From contig JBBIUB010000007.1 of NCBI GenBank assembly GCA_037440465.1, positions 1-64,000 on the forward strand: a stretch of 64,000 nucleotides of DNA, written 5' to 3'. Below the pieces are notes generated by a model, which worked only from the letters and a program-made list of their open reading frames with translations, ran no database searches and was not told where the DNA came from. Below, piece by piece: positions 39,294 to 49,463 of this stretch; positions within the stretch are counted from its first letter, which is position 1, and each line of letters starts with the position of its first letter. Made by a program: the position numbers and the translations under genes. The stretch is from Coprothermobacterota bacterium. GTDB taxonomy: Bacteria > Coprothermobacterota > HKB111.

Positions 39294-39531
39294 GATTAGG
39301 TTAAAAAGAGTAGGTCGTAAACAACAAGCTGCCTTCAGGTTGGTGGCAGCAGATAGCAAAAGTCCAAGAGATGGTAAATTTCTTGAATTATTGGGTTTCT
39401 ATGATCCTAAACAAGATCCACCTAAAATCATCATTAAAGAGGATAGGGTTATTTACTGGCACAGGAAAGGAGCAAAACCTACTCCATCCAGTTATGCCCT
39501 TATTAAGAAAGCAGGAATTACCCTTTCATGA
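39283..39531 (+). CDS. rpsP: 30S ribosomal protein S16 (probable CTG start)
   Basis: AVKIRLKRVG, RDGKFLELLGFYDP, GAKPT; CTG sits 8 nt after AGGAGG. Confidence 0.93.
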   Translation: MAVKIRLKRVGRKQQAAFRLVAADSKSPRDGKFLELLGFYDPKQDPPKIIIKEDRVIYWHRKGAKPTPSSYALIKKAGITLS

Positions 39532-39773
39532 AAGAATTACTAAATTATATTGTAGAAAATATACTCCCTAAAGAAGCAAACTTTTCAATAGAGGAGCAGA
39601 TTATTGACGAAGCTATTATTTATAACATTCTAGTAAGTCATGATATGGTAGGAATTTTAGTTGGGAAAGAGGGTAATTTGATTAGGGCTATAAAAACCCT
39701 TCTCAAAGCAAGCCCTCATTCTAAAAACCAAGAAATAGTAATCCGTGTTGACAAGATGGAGGAAGCTAAATAA
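39528..39773 (+). CDS. khpA: KH-domain RNA-binding protein
   Basis: MKELLNYIV, DMVGILVGKEG..IRAI; follows rpsP. Confidence 0.85.
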   Translation: MKELLNYIVENILPKEANFSIEEQIIDEAIIYNILVSHDMVGILVGKEGNLIRAIKTLLKASPHSKNQEIVIRVDKMEEAK

Positions 39774-40189
39774 TGAAGGGAAAATCTTTGTGGGCAAAAA
39801 GAAGCTTTTTAGTAAAAGCTATAACAACAGAGGGCTTAAGAGAGGAACTTGCAATTCAACTTCATGAAAACCAAAAAAGAATTGACCTTGAATTGGAAAA
39901 GTTAACCTATCAAGGTAATAAGCTACTTATAGAATCTTCTCTTGATATTAGAGAAAATATGGCTTTAAGAAAAAAAATTGAAGAAGAAAAAAGAGAAGGG
40001 GAGTTAGTGAAAAGTCAGATCTCAAGAAAAATTAAAGAGGTAAAAGAACTCGAATTAGGAACACTTTATCCAATTGGTGTTCTTGAAGGAATTGTTGAGC
40101 TTAAAGTAGGTGATAACCTTTGGGAAAAAGTGAACAGTGCAGAAGTTATAATCAAAGATGGAGTAATTCAGGATATTCATAATATATGA
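39773..40189 (+). CDS. YlqD family protein
   Basis: VKAITTE, coiled coil, LELG..., VELKVGDN, EVIIKDGVI. Confidence 0.75.
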   Translation: MKGKSLWAKRSFLVKAITTEGLREELAIQLHENQKRIDLELEKLTYQGNKLLIESSLDIRENMALRKKIEEEKREGELVKSQISRKIKEVKELELGTLYPIGVLEGIVELKVGDNLWEKVNSAEVIIKDGVIQDIHNI

Positions 40190-40950
40190 GAATTGATATA
40201 GTTACTGCCTTCCCTGAATACTTTTATAGCCCATTAGAAGTCGGGCTCATGCGCAGAGCTCTGGAACATGGCTATCTCAAGGTAGAGCTTCACAACCTAA
40301 GAGACTACTCCGAGAATAAACATGGGAAAATCGATGATTATCCCTATAGCGGAGGTCCTGGAATGGTTTTGCAAGCTCCACCCATTTTAAAAACTGTAGA
40401 AGAGTTAGGCAAAAATTTACCCTACAAACCTGAAATTATACTTTTTTCATCTACAGGTATACCTCTAAATTCATCTCTGGCAGAGGACCTTAGTAATAGG
40501 GAAGGTTTGCTGATAATTTGTGGTCACTATGAAGGAATTGATGAGAGAGTAAAGGAAAGTCTTTCACCACTTGAGATATCCCTCGGTGATTATATTATAA
40601 GCGGAGGCGAAGCAGCATCTCTTATCTTAATAGAGGCAATAGCAAGGTTCATCCCTGGCATAATAAGTGAAGAGTCTTTAGAAGAAGAGTCCTTTGCAGA
40701 AAACCTTCTTGAATATCCGCAATATACAAGGCCCGTTGAATGTGAGGGTTTAACAGTTCCAAATATTCTCATTTCTGGAAATCATAACAAATTTAAAAGA
40801 TGGATGATGAAAGAATCTCTTAAAAGAACATTAGTTTTGAGACCAGATTTATTAAAGAAAAGGTCTCTTAGTAAAGATGATTTAATAACAATTAAAGAGA
40901 TTATTTCTGAAATCATATCGCTGGTGGATGGATTAAATTCACCTAACTAA
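40186..40950 (+). CDS. trmD: tRNA m1G37 methyltransferase
   Basis: [42 protein letters not shown]. Confidence 0.96.
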   Translation: MRIDIVTAFPEYFYSPLEVGLMRRALEHGYLKVELHNLRDYSENKHGKIDDYPYSGGPGMVLQAPPILKTVEELGKNLPYKPEIILFSSTGIPLNSSLAEDLSNREGLLIICGHYEGIDERVKESLSPLEISLGDYIISGGEAASLILIEAIARFIPGIISEESLEEESFAENLLEYPQYTRPVECEGLTVPNILISGNHNKFKRWMMKESLKRTLVLRPDLLKKRSLSKDDLITIKEIISEIISLVDGLNSPN

Positions 40951-40963
40951 AGGAGGAAATCTT

Positions 40964-41302
40964 ATGAACGAAGATATAAAAATATTAGTAGAACAAGAAC
41001 CTAAAAACCATGTTTTTAAGGTTGGAGACACTGTGAAGGTTCATCTAAAAGCTTTAGCAGGTGGGCCTACAAGTGGACAGATTTTTGAGGGGATAGTAAT
41101 TGCACGCAAACATGGTGGAGCTAATGAAACATTCACTGTAAGAAAGATATCTTCTGGTATCGGGGTTGAGCAGATATTCCCTTATAACTCACCAAGAATA
41201 TCAAAAATAGAAGTTGTAAGAAAAGGTAATGTAAGAAGAGCTAAATTATTTTACTTAAGGAAACTATCGGGAAAGAAAGCCCGAGTAAAAGAGGAACGTT
41301 AG
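40964..41302 (+). CDS. rplS: 50S ribosomal protein L19
   Basis: [37 protein letters not shown]. Confidence 0.96.
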   Translation: MNEDIKILVEQEPKNHVFKVGDTVKVHLKALAGGPTSGQIFEGIVIARKHGGANETFTVRKISSGIGVEQIFPYNSPRISKIEVVRKGNVRRAKLFYLRKLSGKKARVKEER

Positions 41303-41308
41303 TTTCAA

Positions 41309-41833
41309 ATGAAGCATTTACCTATATTTGATGAGATATTCGAATGGGTAAAAACCATTTTAATTGCAGTAGTTATTGCCCTACTTTTAAGAGGTTTAGT
41401 AATTTCACCATTCAAAGTATCAATGACTTCAATGTACCCAACCTTACAACCTGACGATCTCATCCTTGTAGATAAATTAACTTATAAATTTCGTCTACCA
41501 ATGCCAGGCGATATCATAGTTTTCCATTCTCCGTTGGGAGAGAGTAAAGACTTTGTGAAAAGAGTAATTGCTGTTGGTGGAGATGAGATAGAAGGGGTAA
41601 ATGGACAATTATTTGTAAATAAAGAGCTATTAAAAGAGCCCTATCTTTCTAATAATCCAAATATTTCTTTCCCTTCTCAAGTAATTGAGGATGGAAAATA
41701 TTTTGTTATGGGAGACAACAGAGATAACAGTCTGGATAGTCGTAGTTTTGGTCCTATAGAAAAAAAAGAGATAGTAGGGCGTGTGTTGTTAATTTTCTGG
41801 CCTTTTAATAGATGGGAAAGAATCTGGCTTTAA
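41309..41833 (+). CDS. lepB: Signal peptidase I
   Basis: SMYPTL, FVKRVI, MGDNRDNSLDSR. Confidence 0.95.
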   Translation: MKHLPIFDEIFEWVKTILIAVVIALLLRGLVISPFKVSMTSMYPTLQPDDLILVDKLTYKFRLPMPGDIIVFHSPLGESKDFVKRVIAVGGDEIEGVNGQLFVNKELLKEPYLSNNPNISFPSQVIEDGKYFVMGDNRDNSLDSRSFGPIEKKEIVGRVLLIFWPFNRWERIWL

Positions 41834-41849
41834 AAACCAGCTCAACATA

Positions 41850-42392
41850 ATGCTTATAGGTGGTATAGACGAAGCAGGAAGGGGTTCTCTTGCTGGTCCG
41901 GTAGTTAGTGCTATCGTTGCCTGGCATCCAGCCCGATTTCTTGCAAAGGACTCTAAATCTTTATCTCCAAAGATAAGGGATGAATATTTTATATACATTA
42001 AAAACTCTGCTCTTGGTTTAGGTATAGGGTTAGCAAGCGTTGAAGAGATTGATATAATGAACATTCAACAAGCTACATTATTATCTATGAAGAGAGCGCT
42101 ATTGAACATGGACTTGGCGGTTGATGTCCTTATCATAGATGGCATTAATCTTCTACCAGGAATAGAAATAACCCAGATAGCTTTTCCCAAAGGAGATCTT
42201 CATATACCTGTAGTAAGCGCTGCTTCAATAGTAGCTAAAGTTGTAAGAGATGAAATAATGAAAAATCTTTCTTATAATTTTCCAGAATATGGATGGGAGA
42301 AAAATAAAGGTTATGGCACTAACTTACACCGAGAAAGTATCCTGCGGTGGGGTCCTTGCATCCACCACCGAAAGTCATTTCTTCATGAATAA
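41850..42392 (+). CDS. rnhB: Ribonuclease HII
   Basis: GIDEAGRG, DSK, IDG, AASIVAKV, KGYGT, HRKSF. Confidence 0.95.
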   Translation: MLIGGIDEAGRGSLAGPVVSAIVAWHPARFLAKDSKSLSPKIRDEYFIYIKNSALGLGIGLASVEEIDIMNIQQATLLSMKRALLNMDLAVDVLIIDGINLLPGIEITQIAFPKGDLHIPVVSAASIVAKVVRDEIMKNLSYNFPEYGWEKNKGYGTNLHRESILRWGPCIHHRKSFLHE

Positions 42393-42747
42393 AAAAGAGT
42401 TAGGTAAATGGGGTGAGGATTATGCCCTTACCAAACTAAAAAAAGAAGGCTATTCGTTAATAGTACGAAACTTTACCTCTCCCTACGGGGAGCTTGATCT
42501 TGTAATGAAGAAAGATCGTTCACTATGTTTTGTAGAAGTAAAAACAAAACGTGGGCTTGAGTTCGGACTTCCAAGAGAAGAGGTAACAGAAAAGAAACTA
42601 AATCATATAAAAAAAGCTGTCCTTTATTACCTTAATCGGAACTCTAATAATCTTAACCCTATCTTCTTATATGTGGCTGAAGTAATTATCCTGCCAGAAG
42701 AAATCAAATTTGAACTTATCCAGGTGGTAAAAATACATGATAGCTAA
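42385..42747 (+). CDS. YraN family endonuclease-like protein
   Basis: LGKWGE, RNF...GELDLV, FVEVKT. Confidence 0.88.
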   Translation: MNKKELGKWGEDYALTKLKKEGYSLIVRNFTSPYGELDLVMKKDRSLCFVEVKTKRGLEFGLPREEVTEKKLNHIKKAVLYYLNRNSNNLNPIFLYVAEVIILPEEIKFELIQVVKIHDS

Positions 42748-44251
42748 AACATTTTCAGCAACAAACTGGGGTATGGAAGTTATTCCTGTTGAAGTCGAAG
42801 TAGAAATTAGTAAAGGATTACCTAATTTTATTATTGTTGGCTTACCTGATCAAGCAGTCCAGGAATCTACAGAAAGAGTCCGTTCAGCATTAAAAAATAT
42901 GGGTATGGCTTTTCCCCCTGGAAGAATAGTCATAAATATGGCACCTGCTGACTTAAGGAAAAAAGGTCCTAACCTTGATTTATCAGTAGCTATCGCTATA
43001 TTAATTCATGAAGGTGTTATCTCAGCTAAACAGGTAAATGGTAGGCTATTCATAGGTGAACTTTCTCTAAGCGGAGAATTGCGCTCTGTCGAAGGTGTTC
43101 TTCCCATTGCTTTAAGTCTACCTAATCATCATGTAAGCGAAATAATAGTTCCAATGGCTAATTTAGAAGAAGCAAGGCTTGCACGCAAAGTACCCTCTTT
43201 AGGTTTTAACAACCTTCAGGAGGTAGTATCTTTCCTAAAAGACGGTATACCTCCAGAACAAATTATTGATACTATTGTAGATTCTGATATTACAACTGAA
43301 ATTGACTTTACAGATATTAAAGGGCAACCTCTTGCAAAAAGAGTGTTAGAGATATCTGGTGCTGGCGGACATAATACTCTTCTGGTAGGAAGTCCTGGTA
43401 GTGGTAAAACACTACTATGTAGAGCATATCCTGGTATTCTTCCCATTCTTACTGAAGGCGAATCTATAGAAGTATCAAAGATTTTTAGCATAGCTGGTTA
43501 TTTAAAAAAAGGAAAGCTCATAAACATACCACCATTTAGATCACCTCACCACACAATATCTACTATAGGCTTAATAGGTGGAGGAAGTATTCCAAAACCA
43601 GGTGAGATAACCTTAAGCCATAGAGGGGTTCTTTTCATGGATGAGTTGACAGAGTTTAAAAGAGAAGCACTTGAAGCATTAAGGCAACCATTAGAATCTT
43701 CCACTGTTACAATTGCCAGAGCATCAGGCAGCTTAACTTATCCTTCTAAATTCATATTACTGTCTGCTATAAACCCATGTCCATGTGGTTATTACGGAGA
43801 CACTATTAAAGATTGTCGCTGTAGTCCAGGCGAAATAAAAAAGTATCGGTCAAAAATATCTGGACCAATTTTAGATAGAATCGACCTTCATCTTGAGATG
43901 CCTTCTTTAAAGATAGAGGAGCTCAAAGAAACCGGTAACGCAGAACCCTCAAGTGAAGTAAGAAAAAGAGTAGAAAAGGCTCGGAAAATCCAAAGGGAAA
44001 GATATAAAGATGAAAAGTTCTCTTTAAACTCTGAGCTAAACCCCAGGACAATAAAAAAATATCTTGATATAACCAGAGAAGGGAAGCAACTTTTAGAAAT
44101 GGGAGCAAGGCGGCTTGGTTTAACTGGTAGGGCTTACGACAAAGTAATAAAAGTTGCTATGACTATTGGCAATCTAAATAATTCCACTACAGTCAGATCA
44201 GAACACATAGGTGAAGCTTTAACTTACAGAGAAAGCACTTTTTATGAATAA
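42737..44251 (+). CDS. comM: YifB/ComM family AAA+ ATPase
   Basis: VGLPD, NMAPADL, GSPGSGKT, FRSPHHT, LFMDE, SGPILDRID. Confidence 0.92.
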   Translation: MIAKTFSATNWGMEVIPVEVEVEISKGLPNFIIVGLPDQAVQESTERVRSALKNMGMAFPPGRIVINMAPADLRKKGPNLDLSVAIAILIHEGVISAKQVNGRLFIGELSLSGELRSVEGVLPIALSLPNHHVSEIIVPMANLEEARLARKVPSLGFNNLQEVVSFLKDGIPPEQIIDTIVDSDITTEIDFTDIKGQPLAKRVLEISGAGGHNTLLVGSPGSGKTLLCRAYPGILPILTEGESIEVSKIFSIAGYLKKGKLINIPPFRSPHHTISTIGLIGGGSIPKPGEITLSHRGVLFMDELTEFKREALEALRQPLESSTVTIARASGSLTYPSKFILLSAINPCPCGYYGDTIKDCRCSPGEIKKYRSKISGPILDRIDLHLEMPSLKIEELKETGNAEPSSEVRKRVEKARKIQRERYKDEKFSLNSELNPRTIKKYLDITREGKQLLEMGARRLGLTGRAYDKVIKVAMTIGNLNNSTTVRSEHIGEALTYRESTFYE

Positions 44252-45311
44252 CTGCCTTATTGCTTTACATTACTCAAATATATTTTCATATAAAGAACTA
44301 AAATGCTTAGAAGAAAAATACGGAGATTATGAACAAGCCTGGATTAAGCTTGAATATCAGCAACCCTTATTTAGGGATCCTTTGGAAGAAAAAAATATTA
44401 AAGAATTTATCAGAAAGAATAAACCAGAAGACTTAATTTCAAAACTAAGGTATCAGAATATCAATCCTATTACTATTTATGATACTAATTATCCATCCTT
44501 ATTAAAAGAAAGCAAAAATCCCCCTCTGGTTCTTTATACAAGAGGAGAATTAAGCCTATTTCAGGAAAATATGTTGGCCATTGTTGGCACCAGATCGCCT
44601 ACACCCTATGGTAGAAAAGTAGCCTACGAGTTATCCTCTGATTTATCAGGCCAATTAACCATAGTAAGCGGATTAGCACTTGGGATAGATAGTGAGGCTC
44701 ATAAAGGAGCCATTAAAGGAATAAAAAAGACAATTGCTATCCTGGGGTCTGGTTTAAACCACCCTTACCCACCTCAGAACATAAATCTTTTCAAAGAGAT
44801 AGTTTTGCATGGTGGACTTTTGTTATCTGAATATCCACCATTTATTAAACCAGAAGCCTGGAGATTTCCTCTTAGAAACAGGATTATTGCTTCCATAAGC
44901 CTGGGAACTGTGGTTATAGAAGCTGGTAATAGAAGCGGTGCGTTAATTACTGCCCGAATTGCTCTTGATGAAGGAAGAGAGGTCATGGCAGTGCCTGGCC
45001 TTGTAACCAATCCTAAAGCAACTGGCTCCAATGCTCTTATAAAAGATGGAGCTCATCTCATTTCTTCCTCTGTAGATATCATGGAATTATTCTCTTTTCT
45101 GCCAATGTTTTTAAAACAAAAAAACGCAAAAGAAAAAGACGAAAACGAACTTACTTCTCTTCTTTCTGGTGGACCTTTATCAGTCGAAGAATTATCTACC
45201 CTATCAAAGAAATCACTTGAGTACATTCTTTATGACCTTACTCTTCTCGAATTAAAAGGCGATATCAAGAGAGAGGGTGGGTTATATTACCGCTTAAAAG
45301 GTTTAGAGTAA
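44244..45311 (+). CDS. dprA: DNA processing protein
   Basis: AIVGTR, VSGLALGIDSEAH, FPLRNRII, SGALITA, GREVMAVPG. Confidence 0.95.
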   Translation: MNNCLIALHYSNIFSYKELKCLEEKYGDYEQAWIKLEYQQPLFRDPLEEKNIKEFIRKNKPEDLISKLRYQNINPITIYDTNYPSLLKESKNPPLVLYTRGELSLFQENMLAIVGTRSPTPYGRKVAYELSSDLSGQLTIVSGLALGIDSEAHKGAIKGIKKTIAILGSGLNHPYPPQNINLFKEIVLHGGLLLSEYPPFIKPEAWRFPLRNRIIASISLGTVVIEAGNRSGALITARIALDEGREVMAVPGLVTNPKATGSNALIKDGAHLISSSVDIMELFSFLPMFLKQKNAKEKDENELTSLLSGGPLSVEELSTLSKKSLEYILYDLTLLELKGDIKREGGLYYRLKGLE

Positions 45312-45313
45312 AT

Positions 45314-45748
45314 TTGAAAAAATTATTATACATTCCAGTCATTATTCTTTTAATCTCACTTGACCAATTAATTAAATATTATTTTAATTCTAACCCCGAA
45401 AAGTTAATCCATTTTTGGTTTCTAGAATTAAACCTTCTTAAAAATTATGGTGGGCTTTTTGGCTTACCACTTTTTGGAGGAATCTTTGGCCAAATTATAA
45501 TCCTGACCATCATTACTCTGCTATGGTTTTGGGTAATGACTACAAAAAGCTCTTATTTTCTTACTTGTGGTACTTCATTGATTCTAAGTGGTGGTTTCTC
45601 TAACCTTATTGACCGCATATATCAAGGTTATGTTATAGATTATATTAATCCCGGCTTCTGGCCCGTTTTTAATCTGGGAGATGCCTATATATCTATAGGT
45701 GTAGTAGTAATCATCTGGGTAGTATTATTTGGAAAATTTCATAATTAA
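45314..45748 (+). CDS. lspA: Lipoprotein signal peptidase
   Basis: LDQLIK, NYGG, NLIDR, VIDYI, PVFNLGD. Confidence 0.9.
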   Translation: MKKLLYIPVIILLISLDQLIKYYFNSNPEKLIHFWFLELNLLKNYGGLFGLPLFGGIFGQIIILTIITLLWFWVMTTKSSYFLTCGTSLILSGGFSNLIDRIYQGYVIDYINPGFWPVFNLGDAYISIGVVVIIWVVLFGKFHN

Positions 45749-46619
45749 CGAGACTGATCGTATTGATATTCTCATAACTAAAAACCTATCTATTCCGCGG
45801 ACTTTAGCACAAAAGCTTATTAAAGATGGAAATGTAAATATTGAGGGGATAACCATATATAAACCCTCATATAAAGGCAAGATTGGTGGGGTTGTATCTA
45901 TTAATATTCCTCCACCTGTTGTTTTGGGAGAAGGGAAAGAATATCCATTAAAGATAGTCTACGAAGATAAATACCTTTTAGTAGTTGATAAACCAGCAGG
46001 ATTAATTACTCATAGAGGCGTAGGAATCAAATCTACTACTCTTGTTGATGCCCTAATCTGGAAAGGAATTGAACTTCCTATTTGTGGTAGGCCATTTAGG
46101 CCGGGTATTGTCCATAGACTTGATAAAGATACATCAGGATTAATTGTGGTTGCAAAAAATGATGAAACATATTTCAAACTTGTAAACATGATTAAAAAAA
46201 GAGAAGTAACAAGAAGCTACCTTGCTCTGGTTAAAGGCAATCCTCCTTCTAAGGGTATCATAAAACTACCACTTAGTAGAGACTGGCGAAGAAAGACAAC
46301 TATGACCGTTAATTTAGGTGGTAGAGAAGCATTAACATATTTTGATACCATTGAATACATCAATGATTTTACTCTTTTAAGACTTATATTAGAAACGGGT
46401 AGAACTCATCAGATTAGAGTACACTTGAAGTATTCAGGTTTTCCAATAGTTGGAGATACTGTGTACGGTTTCTCTACACCCCTTCTTCCCAGACAATTTC
46501 TGCATGCTTTCAGACTTAGCTTTTTGCATCCTGAAACAAATGTAAATAGAACCTTTTTCAGCCCATTACCCTTAGACTTACGATTACTATTAAAGATATT
46601 ACGGGATAAGAAGAGTTGA
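45729..46619 (+). CDS. RluA/RluD family pseudouridine synthase
   Basis: S4-like N-terminus, KPAG, HRLDKDTSG, TGRTHQIRVH, GDTVYG. Confidence 0.93.
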   Translation: MENFIINETDRIDILITKNLSIPRTLAQKLIKDGNVNIEGITIYKPSYKGKIGGVVSINIPPPVVLGEGKEYPLKIVYEDKYLLVVDKPAGLITHRGVGIKSTTLVDALIWKGIELPICGRPFRPGIVHRLDKDTSGLIVVAKNDETYFKLVNMIKKREVTRSYLALVKGNPPSKGIIKLPLSRDWRRKTTMTVNLGGREALTYFDTIEYINDFTLLRLILETGRTHQIRVHLKYSGFPIVGDTVYGFSTPLLPRQFLHAFRLSFLHPETNVNRTFFSPLPLDLRLLLKILRDKKS

Positions 46620-47461
46620 GCAGGCTCGGTGTCCACCTTTCATTAGCTTCAGGGATTCCTCATTTGTTGAAGGAGATACAATATCTTAATATCAACGCTT
46701 TACAAATCTTCAGTGGAAACCCAAGAAGTTATCGATATTCTTCAACACTCAATGAAGAAAGACTTTCTGTTTTAAGAAAAAGCTTGCGAGAGATGGGAAT
46801 TTATCCTTTAATTATCCATTCGCCTTATGTACTTAATCTCGGTAGCTTAAAAGAAGAAGTTGCAGTTAAATCTGCTTACACATTAGAAAATGAGTTAAGA
46901 ACTCTTGAGATTCTTGATGGCAGCTATCTCGTATTTCACGCTGGAAGTAGTAGAAGTCCAATAAATGAAAAAAGGTTCCTATTCTTACTTGAAGGTCTTC
47001 TCGACCAGATTGCTCCCAGGATAAGTATTCTTCTGGAAAATTGCAGTGGTGGTCAAACTTCAGATATAAGTTTCTTAAAAACGCTTATTGTGAGGTCTGG
47101 AAAATCAAAAAACCTTGGGTTATGCTTAGACACCTGCCATCTTTTTGCGGCTGGTTATGATATTAGAAAAATGGAGAATGTAAAAAGGGTTTTTGAAGAA
47201 GCTAACGGATTTATAAAGTTGATTCACTTAAATAATTCCAAGGCACCAGCTGGGTCTAAAATAGATAGACATGAACACCTTGGTAAAGGTTTGATAGGAA
47301 ATATTGGACTTAGTCAGTTTCTACATTATCCTGCAATTAAGAACATACCTGTCATTCTTGAAACTCCAAAGGACCATCCTCAGGCTGATAATGATAATTT
47401 AAAAATTGCCCGACATATTTTAGGAATAGATTCAATATCTGTTGACATATTGACTAATTGA
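46616..47461 (+). CDS. nfo: Endonuclease IV
   Basis: GVHLS, HSPYVLNL, LEN, CLDTCH, DRHEH, ILETP. Confidence 0.92.
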   Translation: MSRLGVHLSLASGIPHLLKEIQYLNINALQIFSGNPRSYRYSSTLNEERLSVLRKSLREMGIYPLIIHSPYVLNLGSLKEEVAVKSAYTLENELRTLEILDGSYLVFHAGSSRSPINEKRFLFLLEGLLDQIAPRISILLENCSGGQTSDISFLKTLIVRSGKSKNLGLCLDTCHLFAAGYDIRKMENVKRVFEEANGFIKLIHLNNSKAPAGSKIDRHEHLGKGLIGNIGLSQFLHYPAIKNIPVILETPKDHPQADNDNLKIARHILGIDSISVDILTN

Positions 47462-47478
47462 TGTATACTTACTATAAT
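47442..47478 (+). promoter_or_regulatory. Two overlapping sigma70-type promoters upstream of the spoVS pair
   Basis: TTGACA-N16-TATACT (47442-47469) and TTGACT-N17-TATAAT (47450-47478). Confidence 0.7.
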
Positions 47479-47525
47479 TATCTTAAATTACCTTAAGGCT
47501 ATTGCTATAAAGGAGGCATTGTAAG

Positions 47526-47786
47526 ATGGAAACTTTAAAGGTAGGCAAGAACTCAGAACCAAAAGGTGTAGCAGGTGCTATTGCAGCGGTGATCAGACAG
47601 AGTAAAAAAGTTGAGATTCAAGCTATCGGAGCAGGTGCAGTAAACCAGGCTGTAAAAGCCATAATAATTGCCAGGGGTTATCTATCCCCTAATGGCATGA
47701 ATCTATTTTGCACACCGTCCTTTGCAGATGTCCAGATTGACAGCGAGGAAAGAACAGCTATTAGATTTCTTGTTGAAGTCAAGTAA
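47526..47786 (+). CDS. spoVS: SpoVS family protein, copy 1
   Basis: LKV..VAGAIA..QAIGAGAVNQAVKAI...ERTAI. Confidence 0.95.
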   Translation: METLKVGKNSEPKGVAGAIAAVIRQSKKVEIQAIGAGAVNQAVKAIIIARGYLSPNGMNLFCTPSFADVQIDSEERTAIRFLVEVK

Positions 47787-47798
47787 AGGAGGCAAGAA

Positions 47799-48068
47799 AT
47801 GTCAGAAGTAGAAATATTAAAAATTGCAGCCACATCAGCACCCAAAGCAGTAGCAGGGGCATTAGCCACAGTAATACGAAATAACAAACAAGTAGAACTG
47901 CAAGCTATCGGAGCAGGTGCAGTAAATCAAGCTGTAAAAGCCATAATAATAGCCAGAGGATCACTTTCTCCCAATGGGATTGAGATAGCTTTTGCCCCCT
48001 CCTTTGCTAATGTTGAGATTGATGGTGAGGAGAGAACAGCTCTTCGTTTTACTATCGAGAAGAAGTAA
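47799..48068 (+). CDS. spoVS: SpoVS family protein, copy 2
   Basis: LKI..VAGALA..QAIGAGAVNQAVKAI...EERTAL. Confidence 0.95.
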   Translation: MSEVEILKIAATSAPKAVAGALATVIRNNKQVELQAIGAGAVNQAVKAIIIARGSLSPNGIEIAFAPSFANVEIDGEERTALRFTIEKK

Positions 48069-48109
48069 CCCTTTATAAAGAATTTGGTTATTAACACTGT
48101 TTTTAAAAT

Positions 48110-48147
48110 ATATGAGCCCCTTAAACTGGGGCTCATATTTCTTATTT
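48110..48147 (+). terminator. Rho-independent terminator after the spoVS pair
   Basis: ATATGAGCCCC-TTAAACT-GGGGCTCATAT then a T-rich tail. Confidence 0.8.
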
Positions 48148-48149
48148 AA

Positions 48150-49463
48150 ATGAGTAAAAAATATTATTTTTTTACCTACGGCTGTCAGATGAATTTCTAT
48201 GACTCAAGTGTTGTCGAGAAAATCCTGATTGATCGTGGTTTTACAAAATCTTCCTCTCCCCAGGAAGCTAATGTAATTCTGGTGAATACTTGCTCTGTAA
48301 GAGCTCATGCTGAAGAAAGAGCTTGGGGGACAATAGGAAGTCTAAAGAGAATTAAAGAAAATAACCCTGATTTAAAAATTGTAGTCATGGGATGTATGGG
48401 AGAAAGGTTGGGGAGAAAAGTCATAGAACGCGCTCCATATGTAAATTTAGTATTAGGAACTCATCATTTCAAAGATGTAAATCTTATACTTGATTTAGAA
48501 TTCGCAGAAAAAAGAATGATAACAAAAGTAGGTGAGGTTGAATCGCCCTATCAAGGACTTCAAGCAGTGCAGGGAAACTCTGTCTTAGCAAATATAGGTG
48601 TCATGAAAGGATGTAATTCATTTTGCGCCTATTGTGTTGTACCTTATACGCGGGGAAGGGAAGAGAGTAGGCCTATTCAAGATATAGCAAACGAAGTAAA
48701 AGAAATTGTTGAAAAACAGGACAAGGAAATACTTCTTCTGGGGCAGAATATCTTAGCTTATGGGAGAGACCTAAATTTGAAAAATGGATTCTTGAACCTA
48801 TTAGAAGAGGTTCACAATGTAGGTGGAGTTATACGGTTAAGATATCTTACTTCTCATCCAAAAGATTTAACACCTTTCATCATAGAAGGATTAAAATATT
48901 TACCCAAGGTTCCAGAACATTTTCATCTTCCCATTCAGAGTGGTGATGATGATATGTTAAAAGCAATGAATAGGGGTTACACTACGACTGATTACCTAAA
49001 ATTAATTGATAAAATCAGGGAGGAGTTTCCAGATTCTTCCATATCCACCGATATTATTGTGGGTTTTCCCACTGAAACAGAAACTTCCTTCTTAAATACA
49101 CTCAATTTCTTTAGGAAGGTTGAATTCGATTATGCCTTCGCTGCTATTTATTCTCACAGACCTGAAGCAATGGCGAGTAAATTATACCCTCAGGAAATTC
49201 CTCTTGATGAAAAGAAAAAAAGGCTTAAAGATTTTAATCAATTACAAGAAGAGATTACCTTTAAAAAGAATCAGAAACTCATAGGTCAAGTAGTAGAAAT
49301 CCTGGTTGAAGAATTTTCAAGGAAGCACCGTGCCTTTTCTGGTAGGACCCGAACTAATAAAATCGTAGCCTTCACTTCGTTAAAAACAGATCTAATAGGA
49401 CGATTAGTAAAAGTTCGTGTAAAAGAAGCTGGTTCCTGGGTGATAAAGGGTGAGGAAATTTAA
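48150..49463 (+). CDS. miaB: tRNA-2-methylthio-N6-dimethylallyladenosine synthase
   Basis: TYGCQMN, NTCSVR, GCNSFCAYC, HLPIQSG, TDIIVGFP, TRAM domain. Confidence 0.95.
   Translation: MSKKYYFFTYGCQMNFYDSSVVEKILIDRGFTKSSSPQEANVILVNTCSVRAHAEERAWGTIGSLKRIKENNPDLKIVVMGCMGERLGRKVIERAPYVNLVLGTHHFKDVNLILDLEFAEKRMITKVGEVESPYQGLQAVQGNSVLANIGVMKGCNSFCAYCVVPYTRGREESRPIQDIANEVKEIVEKQDKEILLLGQNILAYGRDLNLKNGFLNLLEEVHNVGGVIRLRYLTSHPKDLTPFIIEGLKYLPKVPEHFHLPIQSGDDDMLKAMNRGYTTTDYLKLIDKIREEFPDSSISTDIIVGFPTETETSFLNTLNFFRKVEFDYAFAAIYSHRPEAMASKLYPQEIPLDEKKKRLKDFNQLQEEITFKKNQKLIGQVVEILVEEFSRKHRAFSGRTRTNKIVAFTSLKTDLIGRLVKVRVKEAGSWVIKGEEI

Noticed and set aside
25318..45935. Several GAGAAGGG octamers on + as polar FtsK/SpoIIIE-guiding motifs
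   Set aside because: They can be explained by purine-rich codons on the coding strand, and one opposite copy was seen; a genome-wide skew test is needed.
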